Shown here: positions 24,641-64,000 of the stretch, piece by piece
How the letters are laid out: every line of letters starts with the position of its first letter
How positions within the stretch are numbered: the first letter of the stretch is position 1
Assembly: GCF_001194135.2 (NCBI RefSeq)
Contig: NC_068985.1
Span: 40,626,646-40,690,645, forward strand
Reading direction: 5' to 3'
Length of the DNA stretch: 64,000 nucleotides
Source: Octopus bimaculoides
Taxonomy: Eukaryota
Program-made: the position numbers and the translations under genes
The notes under the pieces: model-generated
Database searches by the model: none
Told to the model about the DNA's origin: nothing
The model's input: the letters and a program-made list of their open reading frames with translations, nothing else

Positions 24641-26756
24641 CTAAAGTAGTAATAGAATCATTAAATAGATGTACAATATTGTACATCCATTGAAACATTT
24701 AAGTATATTTTTAAACAAATTAAATTACTTGGGTCAAATAGTTTTGTACAATATTGTACATCTACTTATTGATTCTCTATTTCAGTAAATATGAAATCCA
24801 TGTGCTACTAAGACTAAAACATGTCTGTAGTTGTCTCCCATTTTTGCTGGAACTATTAAAGTATTGGTCATTGACCTAATCTTATCCTTCCCTCATCATA
24901 TATGTATTTCTTAGATTGGTAATGCTCACTCCATTAAACATACTGACTTAACTAATATCTTTCATGCAGATGGCACATCTCAGTAAATAACTTTGTGATT
25001 TTCTTATTAAACATGTAGCTGGATGGTGGTTTCTTACTTCTATAAACTGTTATTTTATCTTAATGTTATTTATATACTACAACAACATATTGTGGTAGAA
25101 CCATTTTATCAACTAAGACAAAGTTATATTCATTTTTACCGGATCATTTTGTTATACTAATACATATTAATCTGTCACCTGGTTTAACATCATCTCTTGG
25201 CTGCTGGGGTGCTTTCAGTGACATCATTCTTGCCAGCAGTCAGTACTTCCTATGGCAGCAGCTTATGCCTCATGCTGCATCTCCACTCCCATGAGAAGGC
25301 CCTACAAAAGGCTCATAGATGCTGCTCCTCCTTCTTTGACTAAACCATCACTAATAAAGAAAAATCCCACCCTTCTGGGGCCAACTTGTCTAAAGATTTC
25401 GATATTTAATAAGTGCTTCCACTTTAGGCAGAAGGTTAGCAATTTTAGTGTGTAATGGACTCGTCAATTACATCTAACCCAGTGCTTGACATATAACATT
25501 ACTAATCCCAGAGAAAAGAAAAGGCAAATTTGACCATGCAGGATTTGAACTCAAAACAGAAAGCCAGAAGAAATATTGCAAGGCATTTTGTCTAATGCTT
25601 CTAACACCTGTGCCAATTCACTTCTCTTATAACTGTTTCTAATTTATGCATAAGGCCATCAATTTTGAATGAAAAGGTGCTAGTTGATTACATTCACTTC
25701 AGTACTCAACTGGTATCTTATTTTGTCGACCCTGGAATAATGAAAGGCAATGCTAATCTCAGTAGGATTTAAATTTAGAATACAAAGAACCAGAATAAGT
25801 ACCTCATGGTAATTTTCTCTCATACTAGAATTCTGCCAGCTTCCACAATAATAATGATGAGTAAGACCAGTGGAAATTCTAGTGTAATTCAGAATATTTG
25901 AAAACATTATATTAATATATTAAACACAAGCAAGGAATTTCAAAAAATTCTTTTGAAATCCTGCCATTTAGTCAGAATTGAACTTTTAAACAGAACTTTT
26001 CATTTCAGTTCAGCTATCTATCCATTTATTGATATGTTTGTATACCAGCTTGCTTGATTTATAGCTTTGTTCTTTCCTCATCATCATTATCATCATTTAC
26101 TGTCCATGCTGGTATGGGTTGAAGTTTGGCAAGGACTGTATTGTGGTCCAGTGTCTACTTTAACATGGTTTCTAAAGTTGGATGCCCTTCCTAACTCCAA
26201 TCACCTTACATGTACTAGGTGTTTTTTTTTTGTGTGTCACCAGCACAAATGCAGTCACATGTAGATTGCAAGACCCTGAGAGAAGCAGCCTTATGCTAGA
26301 TGAGTTAGAGTATGAGAGAAGGGGAGGGGTCAGAGTAGAGCAGGTTTTAAATGGTGGAGGGTGATTGGAGTAGTGCTGGGAAGACAGAAAACTGTGATGA
26401 GGTGTTTGTGTGGACCCTCAATGTACAAGGTGTAGAAATGAATGAGGTGGGGTGGAAAGGAGAACAGGGAGTGTAGGTGGGTCAGATAGCAAGAGTGAAT
26501 GGGAAAGATGGGGAATTGGTGAGGGAGTAATTATATTGAATGAAGGACAATTAATTCACACAATATATATATATATAGTTGTTCAACCTGCTCGGCTATA
26601 TTCTGCCCTCTTAAATAATGACATATTAGCTAACTGAGTCTTATATATCTGTAAAAGATTGAAAGGCCATAGATGAAACACCTTTGATCATAGATTTGCT
26701 GGATCAGAGCTTAAGAGCTAACCCAGGGCTCAGTAACAGCAAACAAAACTATGAAA

Positions 26757-26757
<1 letters not shown>

Positions 26758-26800
<43 letters not shown>

Positions 26801-26853
26801 AAAAAATGTAATTGCAGATTGATATTTTATTTTTAAAAACCAAATTCTTTATT
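26758..26853 (-). terminator. Candidate HERC4 polyadenylation site (implied 3' UTR ~1.3 kb)
   Basis: Two AATAAA on minus strand (26848-26853, 26826-26831), followed ~20-40 nt downstream by a CA and a 41-nt U run (plus-strand A 26758-26798). No obvious TE between here and the stop codon. Confidence 0.45.
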
Positions 26854-27053
26854 TCTTATTCATCTTTTTATGCAACCCCATTTGTTCCCAGTTATTTTCA
26901 ATTCAATAGATTTACAGATTTGTCTCCGCAGTTAAATCTACACAGGTTCTCTCACACCCACTAACCACCGGACTAACCAACCAACCAACCATCCAACCCC
27001 CAGAAGTCCTTTCTTGGTTTGATTTGCCAGTTGTTTTGTAACAAAGCTAACCA

Positions 27054-27086
<33 letters not shown>

Positions 27087-28100
27087 CGTGCATGTATGCA
27101 CATGTATGTTGGAAGGAGTAGTAAGATGTTTGCTACTCTGCCTCCTTTTCTAACTTCCCTCACTCCAAATGCAACAACTTCCTTGAATTCTATAATCAGG
27201 TTGTTTTGTAGAATTTTTTCCTTTAGCTTTCAAATTATTCAATATGATGTGTGGTGGGAGTGAAAGAAAGAGTTTATGTGTGATAGAAAGAAAGGAAGGG
27301 AAGGATAAGAGAGAAAATAGTAATTAATTAGACTATACCTTTTTTTCTTAATGCTTAAATAATTGGTTAATTAACTAAATGATATTTTACTTTGAAGCTT
27401 TCACTTTATTTTTGCTTTTCTATTAAATTAATTTTTAGTTCATTATTATTTTATCACGAAAATCATTCCAGAAAAACTAGGTTTAAAAGACAAGTTCTCC
27501 CTTACATCACCACAACCTTAACTACCCCTGCCAAAAAAACAAAAAACAAAAACAAAAAGCCTCACCAATATTTTAACCCTTCTTTATTTTCAGCTTTCAT
27601 GTGGTAGGAGAAAGATGTGGGATTAAGAGGCAGTAATTCTTTCTTTTACCCTTCCCCATAAAATAAAATCTTCCGTAATTTAATATCAATTTAGATTTAA
27701 AAAAACCTCCCCAAAAAACAAAGAAAAAACCCCAACGTGCCTCGAAATCCCACTTCCTGTAAGAGGATAAAATATTATCTGCGAGATTTAAAAAGCACAA
27801 CTAATATCTGTTTCACCTGCGATGGATCATTTCTTCATTTTTTTTTCCTTCTACTTTCTTTCTCAAATACTTCCTTCTTTCATTCATTTTTGGATTTTTT
27901 TAATACTTAACTTTTATTTTCACCAATCAACAAAAAGGAATGTGATATTGTCAAAAGAAGTCGCCAGTTATGTATGGTGTTTGTTTATTTTTTTTTAATC
28001 AATTTTAGTTTGCTGAGCTTGGCAGCCTTCTTAGCAAATGACCAGCAGATGATAACTGTTGATTAAGATACCCAGGCACAAGTAGAGGCTGATTAGTGAT

Positions 28101-61689
<33,589 letters not shown>

Positions 61690-62620
61690 CTTTACAGAAA
61701 AAAGAAATAAACAAAAAAAAAAAACTTTAAATCATGTATTTTAATATATCAGTTGTTAATTAACTGGTAAGAATTTAATGTAAATTGCATTATTAGTCAT
61801 TTTAAGCAAACTAACTATATACCTTGCAGGGATAAATACTACAGTTAAAATCGCAAAAGTTCAATATAGCACCTAACTTGAGATTGAATAACAAGCATGC
61901 TGTAATATATTTTACAGACTCTTGTAAAAATGTTTAAGTCAAATGAAAAGTGATTTTAGCACTTTTAGTAGAAAATTCTTCACTCGATAAAGCAGTCGCT
62001 GTTTCTCTTGTTTCAAGTCAGAGTTATAATTTCCATATATGATTAGTCTTTGATTAAAACTTATTTAAAAGCAATATTAAATTGGTGCTCTTTTATTTGA
62101 CACTACACAGGGCAGTATCAGATAGTAGTTGTAGATTAAATTTTTGCAGTTCACAAATTAAGAAAAAAGAAGCTAAACTACTTGTTGTCACACACCAAGT
62201 GGTGCAAAAGGTAGGGTCAAAAGTTGTATAATGGACAACAATTGGAGGAGGAGGAGGAAAAATTCAACCAAGTTTAATCCTTTGACATTTAGATTATTCT
62301 AATAAATGTAATGCTTATTTGTTCACATAGCTATAAATTAATCACGCATTGTCATAACTTCAAGATTTCAATGATGTGATAGTTTATTTTTAGAATGGCT
62401 GGTTTGAATGCTAGAGTTAATTTAGCAAAGGAATGTTGAGTCAAGGGTAAAAGAAGGTGAATCACATAGACAAGAGAATTAAATATGGTCAATTTCTTAA
62501 GACCCTCTCCAATGTTCCCCAACACGAGATGAAAAATACATTAGGGCTGAGTGTGAGTGTATGTAAACACATTCCAAAACAGTAATATCAAAATTGGAAA
62601 CATGGCCTTTTCTATCCTCT

Positions 62621-62862
62621 TACATTATTTACATTTGACAGATATTTGTCCTCATCTTCTTTGTTGTTAACACAACATTTCAGCTGATATACCCTCCAGC
62701 CTTCATCAGGTTCGAACCCAAGTTTGAAATTTCCCCAAGACACCTGATGAAGGCTGGAGGGTATATCAGCTGAAACGTGTTAACAACAAACAAGAAGAGG
62801 ACAAATATCTGTCAAATGTAAATAATGTACATAATTCCTCATTTCTTAAATATAGAACTGTA
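62621..62862. mobile_element. Palindromic non-autonomous element with hammerhead-like cores
   Basis: Inverted arms 62621-62711 and 62742-62829, 33-nt unpaired tail, 13-bp TSD ttttctatcctct (62608-62620, 62863-62875). Confidence 0.85.
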
Positions 62863-63339
62863 TTTTCTATCCTCTGTCCTGAACCACCTAGTTGTAGAGC
62901 ATAATTATGAGTGTTTTATAACTATAGGCAAAAGGCCATCACTTCCCAAGTGTGTCTACTTTAACATAACAAACTCATAGCTTTAGGTAACCTAACCATT
63001 TATTTACTTAGTTTGTCTGTTTGGTGTCCAACCTAGTCTTTCATATGTATCACATGTTTGTAACAGTGGTTTTCTCTCTTGAACTTGAACACAATAGTTG
63101 AGTCCTCTAATGCTCTTTTTTTTCTCTCAGATCACACGTTTTCAACTGTTTGTAAACACTGGAATGATATATCTAATGAAGCATGTTTGCTTCAATTTTA
63201 TTCAGCTTTTGCATATTCTCTATAGTTAACACATCTGGCCCACAAACATCATATAATCAGTCATTTGCCCAGAGAGAAAATCTCAGTTGCCAGCAGAAAT
63301 AGTTTTGTAAAATTTTTTCGCCTTGTCTCCACAAGCTTA

Positions 63340-63458
63340 TTTACATTATTTACAAATATCCATCTGCGACGAATATATCATGGACAAATACTCATCAAAT
63401 GTAAATAATGTAATTAATGTACATAATTCCTCATCTCTTAAATACAGAACTGTATTAT
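63340..63458. mobile_element. Internally deleted copy of the 62621 element
   Basis: Same termini (tacattatttaca...tgtaaataatgta) and tail cataattcctcatctcttaaatacagaactgta; 9-bp TSD acaagctta (63331-63339, 63459-63467). Confidence 0.8.
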
Positions 63459-64000
63459 ACAAGCTTACCCTTACACACAGAGTTTTAGATTTTCCTCATC
63501 CGCAGTTTTCATCTAATTTTTATTGTGGCTGGGATATACGAGTTGCTATTAACTGAATTAATAGTGTTGGAAGACTGACCAAAGATCCAAATATTTTATA
63601 GTTCACATCCTATCCTACAAAGCTAATAGAAAAGTGTCACTCACTTGCATTAATCGACAGCAGTAATAAAACAAAATTCTTATCACTGAGTTAGTCAGCA
63701 TTATTTTTAAATGCTCATTGTATGCTGACAATGGTGATAGGATAGGGTGAAACTCTGAGATAAGAATTACTGGAACTTCCTAAATAAGAGGAAACATTTC
63801 CAAGTTTAGACTGATACAAGAGTTAACAATGGTGACAGAGAAAATTCTTTTTTTCATTTTTTTCTCTTTCTCTAAAGGTTACTACTTAATGTCACTCAAA
63901 CTAGGCCAGTGACAGTTTCTAAAGCCATGAGATGATAAAATATATCCAGTCCATGGTCTAAAAGTGGTGATAGAAAGGCATCCAGCCACAAAATACCTGC

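Noticed and set aside
26758-26798. Poly(A) tail of a processed pseudogene
   Set aside because: No coding sequence upstream on the plus strand and no TSD seen; better explained as a repeat tail or U-rich element.

Overview
AT-rich, repeat-dense eukaryotic DNA with three N-gap-spanning or low-complexity areas. The SINE and RTE families look like those of octopus genomes (inference from recalled repeat families, not a search). The main feature is a minus-strand HERC3/4-type E3 ubiquitin ligase gene (RCC1 repeats plus HECT). I traced 26 GT-AG coding exons by hand from 61689 down to the stop at 28101. They join in one frame of 2702 nt (about 899 aa); the first ~150 aa lie beyond the right edge. 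A second minus-strand gene starts near 4884 with an acidic N-terminal exon of unknown identity. A CpG-rich promoter-like island at ~9800-10160 has no assigned gene. The rest is transposon debris: RTE LINE pieces and many copies of their 3' tail, CR1/L2-like RT remnants, several tRNA-derived SINE families, Tc1 and mariner remnants, an internally deleted Helitron, a Merlin-like transposase remnant, and foldback/MITE elements. The most unusual item is a 242-bp palindromic element with a 13-bp target-site duplication whose arms carry a hammerhead-ribozyme-like core (CTGATGA...GAAAC). Most ORFs in the supplied track are spurious.
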